Source: Candidatus Latescibacterota bacterium (GTDB lineage Bacteria > Latescibacterota > UBA2968 > GCA-2709665). From it: a stretch of DNA of 64,000 nucleotides. The position numbers and the translations under genes were made by a program. This document shows positions 22,977 through 32,570 of this stretch, in pieces. The stretch is from positions 2,432,001-2,496,000 of the forward strand of contig OZ252100.1 of assembly GCA_965248435.1 (NCBI GenBank). Direction: 5' to 3'. Each line of letters starts with the position of its first letter. Positions within the stretch are counted from its first letter, which is position 1. The notes under the pieces are model-generated. The model did not search any database and was not told where the DNA came from. It worked only from the letters and a program-made list of their open reading frames with translations.

Positions 22977-25076
22977 TTACGCCTCTTCCGGAACTTCCTG
23001 CTCTGCCGCATCAGCCTCCGGATCTCCGTCTTCGGGCGGGGATTTCTGCTCCCATTTGACAACGCCAGACGAGAGGCTGAAGGTAGGACGTTCCATGTCT
23101 TTGGTTACCGTATAGCCGGCATCGCCGACCTTCACACTGACTGCCGTATAGGCTTCCTGATTGATCTGGACTTCGGCGTCCTGGAGTCCCTGCCTGATAC
23201 GAGCGTGAAGTTCCTTCTCCGTTTTCTGGGACTCCCCCTTCGCCTCCAGCAGCTGCTTCAGTTTCATGATGAGCGCCACGACCGATTTGCGTCGAAACTC
23301 CGGAACCTGCTTCAAATAGGCCTGCACGACCCCTGCGTCCAGGCTCTCGATGCCCAGCGTGCGTAAGATACGCACGCTGTTCGAGTCGAAGAATTCGATC
23401 TGTTTCGACAGCTTTCTCAGCTTCGCCTTGGCTTCCACCTCCGGAAGGACCCCGACGATAGTCTCAATCCCCGAGGATGCACCCACGACTTCCGCCTCCA
23501 ATCGCGTCGTGGCGTAGACCTCTCCGCCGACGATACTCCCGCTCCGCGGTCCGTCACCCGGCCTTACGACGAGTTCTCCGCCAGCACGAATATTGGCCTT
23601 GAACAGATGATCCAGGACGATCGTATTTCTCCGGGTCATGACCGAACTTTCCTGAATGAATTTCGTCTCCACGCTGCCCAGGGAAAGCACCTTCGTATCC
23701 GCGCCCATAATTCCCTGTTCTACAATGACGTCACCCTTGGCGTTCACGGAGGCGCCCTGCTCCACAACCCCACTGATCACCACGCTTCCTTCGGCACTCA
23801 CCTTGAGGCCCTTGCGCACCGAGCCGGTAATGACGATATCCTGGCCCGATTCGATGTTCCCGGTCTTCTCGTCCACGTCCCCTTCGATTCGTAACACTGG
23901 ATTGACTTCGATGCGGGTCCCGTCCACGTGGACGTTTCCGTTGATCGTCGCGTGAAAGAACCTGGGTCGACCCCCCTCCAGGACCACGCGAACGTTTTCG
24001 CCCGCCTTGAACTCCCTCGGCGTACCGTCCGATGCAGGGACCTCCTCACCACGGATATTCATTCCCGGCTCACCCACGGTGGGCTCTACGACCGCTGCCA
24101 GGAGCTGACCTTCTCTCACCGCGACGACCCTGCTGATATCCGGACCAAACCGGCAGTCCAGGTGGGCATCCTGTCCCGGAACCGGAGGCTTTCCCTGCAG
24201 GAGGCGATGGCGCCCCTTCTTCGCGGTGTCGTCGACCAGGAATCGTGTCAGCCCCTGGATCGCACGGCCCGGAATCTCCTCGAAAATCTCCATCAACGCC
24301 AGGATGTCCACCAGCCATTCCGGCTCTGGGAACACCTGAGGTCCGACGTGCGGAAAATGGATGAAGAACGCATCCGAACAATCCGGGGACACCCAGACGG
24401 GCGGTCTGACCGAGATTTCACTGCCCTGTATGCAGACATACCCGTAAATCTCTGAGATATAGCGATCATCATCCTTCAGAACGTTCTCTCCCACGCTCAG
24501 AAACGCGGCAGTGCCGGCATCTGCCCGGCGAGCCATGGATGTAGGATTTCCGAACATATCCCGACCCGGACTCCCCGCAGTGGGAGGCGTCAACACGGCG
24601 ATCGTCGCGCCAGGTGCGGTCGCGCGGACCCGCAGGTCTCTTTCGAGCACTTCCTCCAGCAAGGGTTTCTGGAAGGCCTCCAGCAATTCCGCATACGGGA
24701 GGTCGACCTTCTTTCCGACAAGGTCCAGGAATTTGTAATCTACACTGCCCTCAGTCGGGGGCAGTGGAGGCCTTCCTTCCGCGATGACCACGTCACCCCC
24801 GGACCGATACGTGCCCTCCGGCTCTCCAAGCCCGCGCTCCATCACGCGATCAAGAAGCTCCGCTTTGATCCCGGCCCGGATGCCATATTCATCCTCCAGA
24901 GCCTTTATGAGGTCTTCCCTCTGCACGGACGTATCGCCTCCGAAGCAGAACTCCCTCAGAAAGGCCTGCGTGTCGTCTTCTGAGATTTCCACGACCCACC
25001 AGGCCTTGCCGGCCTCGCCGAAGAACCGTCTCTTAGATTTGCTGTCCTGTTTCTTAAGCATCCCAGTTACACCCAT
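22977..25076 (-). CDS. FapA / DUF342 family protein
   Basis: GDVDEKTGNI, DIVITGSV, GGE and coiled-coil C-terminus; duplicated N-terminal P..G.PG....G module. Confidence 0.85.
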   Translation of the reverse strand: MGVTGMLKKQDSKSKRRFFGEAGKAWWVVEISEDDTQAFLREFCFGGDTSVQREDLIKALEDEYGIRAGIKAELLDRVMERGLGEPEGTYRSGGDVVIAEGRPPLPPTEGSVDYKFLDLVGKKVDLPYAELLEAFQKPLLEEVLERDLRVRATAPGATIAVLTPPTAGSPGRDMFGNPTSMARRADAGTAAFLSVGENVLKDDDRYISEIYGYVCIQGSEISVRPPVWVSPDCSDAFFIHFPHVGPQVFPEPEWLVDILALMEIFEEIPGRAIQGLTRFLVDDTAKKGRHRLLQGKPPVPGQDAHLDCRFGPDISRVVAVREGQLLAAVVEPTVGEPGMNIRGEEVPASDGTPREFKAGENVRVVLEGGRPRFFHATINGNVHVDGTRIEVNPVLRIEGDVDEKTGNIESGQDIVITGSVRKGLKVSAEGSVVISGVVEQGASVNAKGDVIVEQGIMGADTKVLSLGSVETKFIQESSVMTRRNTIVLDHLFKANIRAGGELVVRPGDGPRSGSIVGGEVYATTRLEAEVVGASSGIETIVGVLPEVEAKAKLRKLSKQIEFFDSNSVRILRTLGIESLDAGVVQAYLKQVPEFRRKSVVALIMKLKQLLEAKGESQKTEKELHARIRQGLQDAEVQINQEAYTAVSVKVGDAGYTVTKDMERPTFSLSSGVVKWEQKSPPEDGDPEADAAEQEVPEEA

Positions 25077-25121
25077 GCATCACGGTCGCCTGCTACTCCT
25101 AGCTTTTTACCTTCCCGATTC

Positions 25122-25345
25122 TGGAGTATTGGAGTACTGGAGTGGTGGAGTATTGCAAAACCTCCCTTTCCATTACTCCATTCCCCCATTACTCCAACAC
25201 TCACGCATTCTCCTCGTTCCCCAATACTCCAACACTCCATTTCCCCAACACTAGCGTTCTTAGTCTTCATTCCCCCATTACTCCAACACTCACGCATTTT
25301 CCTCGTTCCCCATTACTCCAACACTCCATTCCCCCAGCACTCGCG
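25122..25345. repeat. Octamer tandem arrays in inverted arrangement (TGGAGTAT / CATTACTC)
   Basis: TGGAGTAT TGGAGTAC TGGAGTGG TGGAGTAT, then many CATTACTC/CAACACTC/CATTCCCC units with a higher-order duplication. Confidence 0.8.
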
Positions 25346-25358
25346 TTTCTTTCTTCCT

Positions 25359-26396
25359 TTATTCTTTCGCCAGATCATCCAGCTGTTCCACGTTTTTGAT
25401 CACATCATCCAGCCTCATCACTTCATCCAGCTGCTCTTTCCACTGGCCCGCATCCTGCTGAATCTGGGCGTCGCGTACCGCCACCGCGGCCTGAATCGCG
25501 AAACTCCCCAGCGTCTGAACCGCTTCGTCCGACAGCGGACCATCCTGGCGCGTTTCTACTTTGATCAGGCCGAGCAGCTCCCGCTCTCGCAGGATGGGCA
25601 CGACCGCGAAGGCCGAGCCCGTCTCGGGCGCTGCAACGTTCAGCGGTTCGGCACGCTCCCGAACGGTCGTGAACGCCTCTTTATGGACTGAGGAGATGTC
25701 GTCGAGTGACCTCAGTCTGTCCTTCGGCACGGTCTGTCCGGGCGCGTCGACCCCGATCGCGGCGGCAGCCTTGAAGGCTTCGCCCTCCGCGAGGTAGACC
25801 ACGGCTTCGTCGAACTCGAGGACCCCGGAGACCACTTCAAGCACGAGCTCCAGCGTTTCTTCCAGGGAGTGGAGCGTCAAAAGATGCTGTGCGATACGGT
25901 CCTTCCCCTCCAGCTCCGTGACCTTCTGCGCCAGCTCCGCAGTGCGCTCCTTGACCTTTTCCTCGAGATGTTCATTCAGGTCGGCCAGTGCCCTGGCCAA
26001 ACGGGAGCGCTCCAGGTGAGTGCGGATCCGAACGAGGACTTCGTCCCTCTGGAACGGCTTCGTGATGTAGTCCACGCCTCCGGCCTGAAACCCCTCCATG
26101 ACGCCCTCCAGCTCGCCCCGGGCCGTGAGAAAGACGACCGGAATATCCTCCGTGTCCGGGTTCGCCTTGAAGCGGCGGCAGGTCTCATAGCCGTCGATCC
26201 CCGGCATCATCACGTCCAGGAGGATGAGGTCCGGGGCCGTCTGCGCCGCCACTTTGAGCGCCGTTTCGCCGTCCGTGGCGACCAGCACGTTGTAGCCGTC
26301 TCCCTCGAGCGCCTGGCTCAGGACGTCCAGATTCGCCGGGACATCATCCACTGTGAGGACTTTCGCTCCGGTGAGGTCGATTATCGGCTTGTTCAT
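25359..26396 (-). CDS. Response regulator with GAF output domain
   Basis: REC, coiled coil, GAF (VVPIL....LLG.I, F/A.QAAVAV). Confidence 0.85.
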   Translation of the reverse strand: MNKPIIDLTGAKVLTVDDVPANLDVLSQALEGDGYNVLVATDGETALKVAAQTAPDLILLDVMMPGIDGYETCRRFKANPDTEDIPVVFLTARGELEGVMEGFQAGGVDYITKPFQRDEVLVRIRTHLERSRLARALADLNEHLEEKVKERTAELAQKVTELEGKDRIAQHLLTLHSLEETLELVLEVVSGVLEFDEAVVYLAEGEAFKAAAAIGVDAPGQTVPKDRLRSLDDISSVHKEAFTTVRERAEPLNVAAPETGSAFAVVPILRERELLGLIKVETRQDGPLSDEAVQTLGSFAIQAAVAVRDAQIQQDAGQWKEQLDEVMRLDDVIKNVEQLDDLAKE

Positions 26397-26531
26397 AGCA
26401 GGTCTCCGAATGGGATGCGATTTCAGCTCATGGCTCTATTTCAGGCTTTAGCGGATCAGGATGCAAGCGCTCCAAGTTAATGAGGATACGGAGAATCATC
26501 AAGTCCGATTGAAGCGCGCTTACCCGAATGA

Positions 26532-26570
26532 GAAGGCCCGGTTTCTCCAGGTAGGGAGACCGGGCCTTTT
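26532..26570. terminator. Hairpin / intrinsic terminator
   Basis: AAGGCCCGGTTTCTCC...GGGAGACCGGGCCTTTT. Confidence 0.65.
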
Positions 26571-26653
26571 CCTGGGTTGCCGCCTGGTTCAACTATGTGT
26601 ATATTTAATGGTCATAACTATATATATAATTATGTACACTAAGGGGGCATTCC

Positions 26654-26962
26654 ATGAAGTTTATGACGATGCGTGAGCTGCGCCTGAAAACGGCTGAGCT
26701 GCGTAAAGACCTGTCTGCTGACGAAGAGGTAGTCCTGACGGCGAACGGAAAACCAGTGGGGCTGCTTACGGCCATCGATGCAGGCAACCTCGAGGCCGAG
26801 CTGATCGCGGTCCGCCGCGCCCGGGCGCGTTCTGCGCTCGATCGCATTCGGGCAAGCGCCCGTGGCGAAGGAAAGGACCTGATGGCGGCGGACCATGTGG
26901 ATGAGCTCGTCGCTCGCAGCCGCAAGGAGCGGTCTTCGGGGAAGAAGCGAAGGCGTAAGTGA
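26654..26962 (+). CDS. Phd/YefM-like antitoxin
   Basis: MKFMTMRELR, VVLTANGKPV. Confidence 0.85.
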   Translation: MKFMTMRELRLKTAELRKDLSADEEVVLTANGKPVGLLTAIDAGNLEAELIAVRRARARSALDRIRASARGEGKDLMAADHVDELVARSRKERSSGKKRRRK

Positions 26963-27366
26963 AAGTCGTTCTCGACACGAACGTGGTCGTATCGGGCCTG
27001 CTCAGTGCAGCCGGTCCGTGCGGCCGGATTCTGGACCTCGCGCTGGAAGGTCAAATTACACTCTGCGCGGACCCGCGTCTGGCCGACGAGTATCGGGCCG
27101 TCATCCACCGCCCCGAGTTGGGGCTGCCGTCCGACGATGTTGATCGTGTGCTCGAGCTTCTTTTGAATCTTTCGGACCCCATCACCGCGGCGCCCCTGGA
27201 CGTCGCGCTGCCCGATCCGGAAGACCTGCCCTTCCTCGAGGTTGCAGCGTCGGCTGGCGTGCCCCTCGTGACCGGCAACCGCAGGCATTTCCCAAGTCGT
27301 TTGTGTGGTGACATCCAGATCCTCGCGCCGCGGGAGTTGATCGATCTGATTAGGAAAGAGTTATAG
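26959..27366 (+). CDS. PIN-family toxin
   Basis: VVLDTNV, DPED.PFLE, LVTGN.RHF; GTGA overlap with the antitoxin. Confidence 0.9.
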   Translation: MKVVLDTNVVVSGLLSAAGPCGRILDLALEGQITLCADPRLADEYRAVIHRPELGLPSDDVDRVLELLLNLSDPITAAPLDVALPDPEDLPFLEVAASAGVPLVTGNRRHFPSRLCGDIQILAPRELIDLIRKEL

Positions 27367-27456
27367 AGCGGGCCGATGACAGTTGACTCTTACCTGGACC
27401 TGTCCTAAGGTTCCTGTGCGACTTTTCAACTTCCACTGATCCAGCGGAGACAGCTG

Positions 27457-28410
27457 ATGAGGAAATGGATCGTGCCGCTGCTGCTTGTGCACTTGGGTGC
27501 TTCCCAAACCGGTGCGTACGAAGTGAACGAGATGGTAAATATCTACGCGAGCCTTCGGCCCGAGGTGATCTTCCGCTCCGCCGAAGGCGGCGACGCCGTG
27601 CGGCGGATGGACGACGGCTACTCACGCGTAGGTTTGAAGGGACGTGTCGACCTGTCGGAGACCCTGTGGGGCTACTACAAGTATGAACGACGGATGTCGT
27701 CAAACGACGGCCAGAGCGACGGCGCGGTCCGCAGCGATAACAACGAGCTGCGGCAGGTGCACGTCGGCATCGGGGGACGGCTCGGGACGTTGGCCATCGG
27801 GCGGCACTACGGCCAGTACTACGATGTGATCGACGACGAGCTGGACCGTCACCGGAGCCACTACAGCGACGCGGTCGTGTTCGGCGATCTGTTCGTGTCG
27901 AACGCGCTGCTCTATCTTACGCCGGCTAAGGGTCCGCTCCATGGCGGCCTGCTCATCGAGCTGAACGATGCGGACACGCAGGGCGAATCGATCGACGAGC
28001 GCGTGGAGATCACGGCATCGATCAGGGATCGGGGCGCGGCCCTGCACTTCGGCTACGTGAACTCGCCGTTTCACGACGGCCTCTTCGGCGTCTCGGCGTC
28101 CTACGGCGCGGGATCGGTGAAGGTGGCGGGTGTGTTCCAGCGCTTCGAAAGATCATCCGCCAGAACCGACAAGCTCTACAGCGGCGCCGTGGATTACGAT
28201 CTGTCGCCCAAAGATCGCCTCCGACTCGCGGTAACGAAAAAGGACGACGGCCTGGACCCCGACATGGATGAAATCTACGTGATCAGCGGGGGCGAACACC
28301 GCTTCGATGAGCACTTCATTGTCTGGGTCGAGTTTTTCAGAAAATCGACGAAGGTGAAGCAGGCGGGCGATGAATCGGCGGTGGTACTGGGGATGCGGTT
28401 CGATTTCTGA
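27457..28410 (+). CDS. Gram-negative general porin
   Basis: Signal peptide; SRVGLKG..DL; amphipathic strands; C-terminal GMRFDF. Confidence 0.8.
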   Translation: MRKWIVPLLLVHLGASQTGAYEVNEMVNIYASLRPEVIFRSAEGGDAVRRMDDGYSRVGLKGRVDLSETLWGYYKYERRMSSNDGQSDGAVRSDNNELRQVHVGIGGRLGTLAIGRHYGQYYDVIDDELDRHRSHYSDAVVFGDLFVSNALLYLTPAKGPLHGGLLIELNDADTQGESIDERVEITASIRDRGAALHFGYVNSPFHDGLFGVSASYGAGSVKVAGVFQRFERSSARTDKLYSGAVDYDLSPKDRLRLAVTKKDDGLDPDMDEIYVISGGEHRFDEHFIVWVEFFRKSTKVKQAGDESAVVLGMRFDF

Positions 28411-28435
28411 AGAGGACCGCAGACCGCGAAAGTCT

Positions 28436-28476
28436 AAAACCCGGTTTCCTCTATTGAGGAGATCGGGATTTTTTTT
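28436..28476 (+). terminator. Intrinsic terminator after the porin gene
   Basis: CCCGGTTTCCTC/GAGGAGATCGGG stem then T8. Confidence 0.75.
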
Positions 28477-28555
28477 GTCTCGTGCGGGAAATCATCCTAT
28501 CTTGCGTCGATCGAGCCGCACGAGGACCCGTCCACAAACCATTTCGCGGGGGGGT

Positions 28556-29371
28556 ATAAAGAACTATTTTCTGGCAACAATACTGTTTGCAGCGATCGGG
28601 TTGCTCTCGACTCAGGCATCCGGCGAAGATCAAGGCCCGGAAAACCTCGGCGTCTGCGGCGACTCGGGCGAATGGCCCCCCTACATCTACTTCGAGCGTG
28701 AGGACGGCCGGAAGACGGATCGCGCCGTGGGATTCTCGATCGATGTCATCAGCGAGGTCCTGGACGCGGCGGGCGTGCGATACGAGATCAGCATGCGGCC
28801 CTGGAAGCGCTGTCTGCGGGAGGTCGAAGACGGAATGAAGGTCCAGGTCGCACTGGATGCGACCTACAGCGAGGAGCGGGCGGGGAAGTATCACTACTCA
28901 CGGCCCTACTATGCGGTCGCCCCCTACTACTTCTACTCGAAGAAATATCATCCCGATGGCCTCGACATCTGGGGTCCGGGAGATCTGAAACGTCACCGGA
29001 TCAGCGGCGTCAGCGGTTACAACTACTCCGATTTCCACCTGTCCAAGGACGACATCGACTACTTCGTGAAGCACCAGGAGGTCCTCGTTCGCCACGTGCA
29101 CAACGACCGAAGCGATCTGTTCCCGGATTGGCTGGAGGTGTTTGCGGGATTTTCAGTGGTCGGGATGGACTTTCTCGCCGACAAGAATCTAGGCTACGCG
29201 CAAGTTCCCGGTCTCGGACCCACGCGATTCCATATGCTGTTTTCCAGAAACGAGGAGGGGGAGCGCCTGCGAAGGATCGTGGATAAGGGAATCGGAAAGC
29301 TCGAAGCGTCTGGGCGCCTGCAGAAGCTGCTCGACAAGCACAAAGTCCGACGGAGAGACGTGGAGGAGTAG
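28556..29371 (+). CDS. Family-3 substrate-binding protein; start codon uncertain (ATA)
   Basis: WPPY, GFSID, PWKRC, YSEER motifs; the signal peptide begins at an ATA codon. Confidence 0.75.
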   Translation: MKNYFLATILFAAIGLLSTQASGEDQGPENLGVCGDSGEWPPYIYFEREDGRKTDRAVGFSIDVISEVLDAAGVRYEISMRPWKRCLREVEDGMKVQVALDATYSEERAGKYHYSRPYYAVAPYYFYSKKYHPDGLDIWGPGDLKRHRISGVSGYNYSDFHLSKDDIDYFVKHQEVLVRHVHNDRSDLFPDWLEVFAGFSVVGMDFLADKNLGYAQVPGLGPTRFHMLFSRNEEGERLRRIVDKGIGKLEASGRLQKLLDKHKVRRRDVEE

Positions 29372-29379
29372 AAGCGGCC

Positions 29380-30201
29380 CTACGGTTTGGTGGGTTCCGG
29401 CGTTTCGGAAGCCTCCCGATCCTTGTAGGTGGAGTAGATGCGGTCGACGGTTCCGTCCTCTCGGAGCTCGTCGAGCACCTTCTGGAGGGGCTCGAGAATG
29501 CGTGGGTCGGTCTCTTTGTGGAAGGCGTATCCCATGTGTGATTTCTGCAGGACGTGGACCGACTCGAAATCCTCCGGATCCATTCCCGCCTCCATCATCT
29601 GAAACCTCGCGATATCTTCCGCGTAAGCGATCGCATCCAGCCGGCCAACCGCGAGCATCCGCACGAGATTGAGCGCTGACTTGTTTCGCGCGAGGGCCTT
29701 CTCGGGCACCCCGAGGGCGAGGACGAGCTGCTCGCCGATGTCGTCTCGAACCGTGCCGATACGGAGCCCGTTCAGGTCTGTCGGCTCAGAGATCTCGATC
29801 GCCTTCGATTTTGGACAGATCACGGAGACCCGCGTGGGGATGATCGGACCCACGAAACGGAACTGCTCGAGCCGCTCCGCCGTGTAGGTCATCGAAAACA
29901 GCGCGGTGCCGGGCCGCCCGAGGAGATACTGGTAAGCGCGCGGCCAGGGAAGAAGCTTCAAGTCCTCCCGCCCGAGGTTCACGCCCACCTTCACGAACAT
30001 CCTCATCAGGACGTCGACGGTAATCCCCTTCAATTTCCCGTCCGCCTCATCCTTGTAGTTGAACGGAGGATAGTGCTCCACCATCCAGCTTATCCCCTCG
30101 ATCTCACCCACCACGTCCGTGGGTGGCCCCGCTGAGACCTCGGAGTAGACGAGTATCAGAACGGTGATTGTGATCGATCTTCGCAACAAACGCCTTTCCA
30201 C
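29380..30201 (-). CDS. Family-3 substrate-binding protein
   Basis: EHYPPFNY, GITVD, PWPRA, GRLDAIAY motifs. Confidence 0.85.
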   Translation of the reverse strand: MERRLLRRSITITVLILVYSEVSAGPPTDVVGEIEGISWMVEHYPPFNYKDEADGKLKGITVDVLMRMFVKVGVNLGREDLKLLPWPRAYQYLLGRPGTALFSMTYTAERLEQFRFVGPIIPTRVSVICPKSKAIEISEPTDLNGLRIGTVRDDIGEQLVLALGVPEKALARNKSALNLVRMLAVGRLDAIAYAEDIARFQMMEAGMDPEDFESVHVLQKSHMGYAFHKETDPRILEPLQKVLDELREDGTVDRIYSTYKDREASETPEPTKP

Positions 30202-30345
30202 CGATCGGATGTGAGAATTTCAGCGTCTATTCGAAAACAGGCACAGATTGGATCCTTCTTCTCGGATTATGATAGACCATCCTCTGTCCGTTGTCAACCG
30301 ATCCCGGCCGTCACGCTCGCGCTTTGGCCCGATGTGGCCCTCTTC

Positions 30346-30434
30346 CAGCGCCAACGGCGCGTCCTCCCTTTACCCAGGGCAGCGCCCTCGGGCAGCGAAG
30401 TACATAACGCAGTACGGCCTGAAGGGCCGCGATA
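30346..30434 (+). repeat. ~90-bp triple-hairpin repeat, copy 1
   Basis: CAGCGCCAACGGCGCG...CCAGGGCAGCGCCCTCGG...CGGCCTGAAGGGCCGCGATA. Confidence 0.9.
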
Positions 30435-30492
30435 GGCGGATCCCCCGCTTCAAGCGTGCGGGGGGGGCAGGCACGGGCCATTCGGGCAATAT

Positions 30493-30906
30493 CTAGCTTT
30501 GCTCTGCGGGATCAATCACCGTGAGATCTTTGAAATAGTCGCGCAGGAACCCGCGATCCCGCGCGACGAGTCTATCGGCGTGAGTCTGAGCGTGAGCCCC
30601 TATGAGGAAATCCGTTACAACTCTGCCTTGCCTGCCTCCTCGATGGAGGTGTGCGGAGAAGAGCTCCCCCGCGAGGATTGCGCTTTCTGGTGAAGATGGC
30701 CTGAACTCGAGCTGCCAGTCCCTGAGAAACTCTTCAAAGACGGCTCTGGCACCAAAGGCTGGATAAATTTCCGCCAGAACGCACTCACATACCAGGAGCA
30801 GCCCCTCCGATAATGCGACGCGCAGAGCTTTTTCCGAGGCAATGGCGAAATCAGGATCGTCTGCAACGACGTCGAGGATCACCGAACTGTCTAGAGCTGA
30901 AATCAT
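30493..30906 (-). CDS. vapC: PIN/VapC toxin
   Basis: ALDSSV, E, DFLIGAHA, RDRGF. Confidence 0.88.
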   Translation of the reverse strand: MISALDSSVILDVVADDPDFAIASEKALRVALSEGLLLVCECVLAEIYPAFGARAVFEEFLRDWQLEFRPSSPESAILAGELFSAHLHRGGRQGRVVTDFLIGAHAQTHADRLVARDRGFLRDYFKDLTVIDPAEQS

Positions 30907-31124
30907 TCCCGTACAGCCCGTAGATAATCGTCTACCGCAAGTCCCTTCGGCAGTTTGCCTTGTCCACGCCACTTGTGAAAGACATCTTCGGATTGAACCT
31001 TCCGCGCCACCAGAACCCCTTCCACTGCTTCGAAATCCAGCACTGTGCCGGTTTTCAACCCAAGCTTTTCGCGGCAGGACTTGGGCACGGTTACCTGACC
31101 TTTGGACGAGAGTTTTGCCTTCAT
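30903..31124 (-). CDS. AbrB-family antitoxin
   Basis: SSKGQVTVPK..REKLGL; promoter TTGACA-N17-TACCTT upstream on the minus strand. Confidence 0.9.
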   Translation of the reverse strand: MKAKLSSKGQVTVPKSCREKLGLKTGTVLDFEAVEGVLVARKVQSEDVFHKWRGQGKLPKGLAVDDYLRAVRE

Positions 31125-31373
31125 ACCGGCTCCTTACTTTTTGTTTCCCACAGCGATTCCTACTTTAAAGGTAGGATTTCTTACTAATTTTGTCAAGGTC
31201 ATGCCCGGAACTAACAACACGTTGCCAGAACGAGAACTGGTCTGAACACAAGACAAGGGATGTGTAAGGGAGGGCCGTCTTATTCTCCAAAGCCCACTAG
31301 ATTGAGTAGATCAATCCCAGCCGAATCGGTCGATAGTAAAACCCCGGTAAAGCTCTTGCCAAACGGCTCGAAT

Positions 31374-31393
31374 GTTATTACTATAGTAATAAC
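31374..31393. promoter_or_regulatory. Perfect 20-bp palindromic operator overlapping the -10 of the AbrB-Doc promoter
   Basis: GTTATTACTATAGTAATAAC; TTGCCA-N17-TACTAT. Confidence 0.75.
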
Positions 31394-31413
31394 TCCACGG
31401 GAGGGTGCTCTTC

Positions 31414-31641
31414 ATGATTGAACTCAAGGTCCGCAAATTCGGCAACTCGCTCGGGGTCGTCCTGCCGAAGGAAGTCATCAACCGGCTGCGTACGAAAGAC
31501 GGGGAACCCTTGTACCTGATCGAAGGGCCGGACGGTGGCTACCAGCTTTCGCCCTACGATCCCGCTTTTGAAAAGAAGATGGCGAAGGCCGAAGACATTA
31601 TTGGCCGCTACCGCAACGCGCTGCATGCTTTGGCCAAGTGA
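31414..31641 (+). CDS. AbrB/MazE-family antitoxin
   Basis: RKFGNSLGVVLPKE, YRNAL.ALAK. Confidence 0.9.
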   Translation: MIELKVRKFGNSLGVVLPKEVINRLRTKDGEPLYLIEGPDGGYQLSPYDPAFEKKMAKAEDIIGRYRNALHALAK

Positions 31642-32030
31642 ACGAACCGGTCTGGATCGAGAAGCAAGACGCGCTGCTGCTGCACGACCGCCTGATGGCT
31701 CTGCACGGCGGCGCGGCGGGCTTACGTGAGGAAGGCTTGCTGCAATCCGCCCTGGCGCGGCCGCGGCAGTCTTACGCTTATACGGAAAAACCGGACACCA
31801 TCGACATGGCGACTGCCTACACGGCGGGTATCCTCGACAACCATCCTTTTTTTGTTGACGGCAACAAGCGCACTGGCTTTTTGGTCGGCGTCCTGTTTCT
31901 GGAGTTGAACGGGTGTCGCTTCACCGCCACAGAAGAGGACGCGGCTCAGGCCGTTCTGGAACTGGCAGCCGGTGCACTCGATGAAGCGGGCTACACGGCT
32001 TTCCTTCGAGCGAACACCAAAGCGGAATGA
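31638..32030 (+). CDS. doc: Doc/Fic family toxin with a one-residue insertion in the catalytic motif
   Basis: HGG..G.R..GLLQSALARP; HPFFVDGNKR. Confidence 0.9.
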   Translation: MNEPVWIEKQDALLLHDRLMALHGGAAGLREEGLLQSALARPRQSYAYTEKPDTIDMATAYTAGILDNHPFFVDGNKRTGFLVGVLFLELNGCRFTATEEDAAQAVLELAAGALDEAGYTAFLRANTKAE

Positions 32031-32425
32031 GCTTGCCCGGCAAAATGATGCTTGTCCCCTGCGCCGCGGTCATGAGCGACAAACTCCTCCGCAAACACTG
32101 ATGGTGATCGGGAAGGATGAGTCGGTTCGCGGTTCAACCAAAGAAGCCCGGTCCCTTACTCCTTGGGATCGGGCTTTCTATATCGAGGATCTAAGAAAGA
32201 TGCCTGCCCGGGTTACCTGGTCAAGGACTTGACGGCTTCAATGACATGGCCTCAAGTCTGCGGATCTACTGGGGGCCGAAGTGAACGGCAGGGCAACTTA
32301 TTGAGTATACGATCACGCAACACGAGAATGGTCGAACTGGCTTGGCGAAAACTTCCTTAAGCGGTACACTGCTGATTGCCAACCGTCTTTAGGTTGCGAA
32401 CGACGATCGACGAACGACGGCCTTT

Positions 32426-32513
32426 CAGCGCCACGGCGCGTCATCCATTTACCGAGGGCAACGCCCTCGGGTCGCGAAGTACGTAGCGGCGTGCGGCCTG
32501 AAGGGCCGCGATA
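32426..32513 (+). repeat. ~90-bp triple-hairpin repeat, copy 2
   Basis: Same three hairpins; preceded by GAACGAC GATCGAC GAACGAC; followed by the transposase remnant. Confidence 0.9.
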
Positions 32514-32526
32514 ACTTCATATCGCC

Positions 32527-32570
32527 ATGCCTCAATCCCTGTCCCGCACACTGATTCATCTTGTGTTCCG
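32527..32570 (+). pseudogene. N-terminal remnant of an IS200/RAYT (Y1 HUH) transposase
   Basis: MPQSLSRTLIHLVF matches the characteristic MPQSL....HL.FST start of this TnpA group; homology is lost afterwards and there is no HUH motif. Confidence 0.6.

Noticed and set aside
31972-32360. ORFs between doc and repeat copy 2
   Set aside because: No motifs, and they span a terminator-like hairpin at ~32142-32178.
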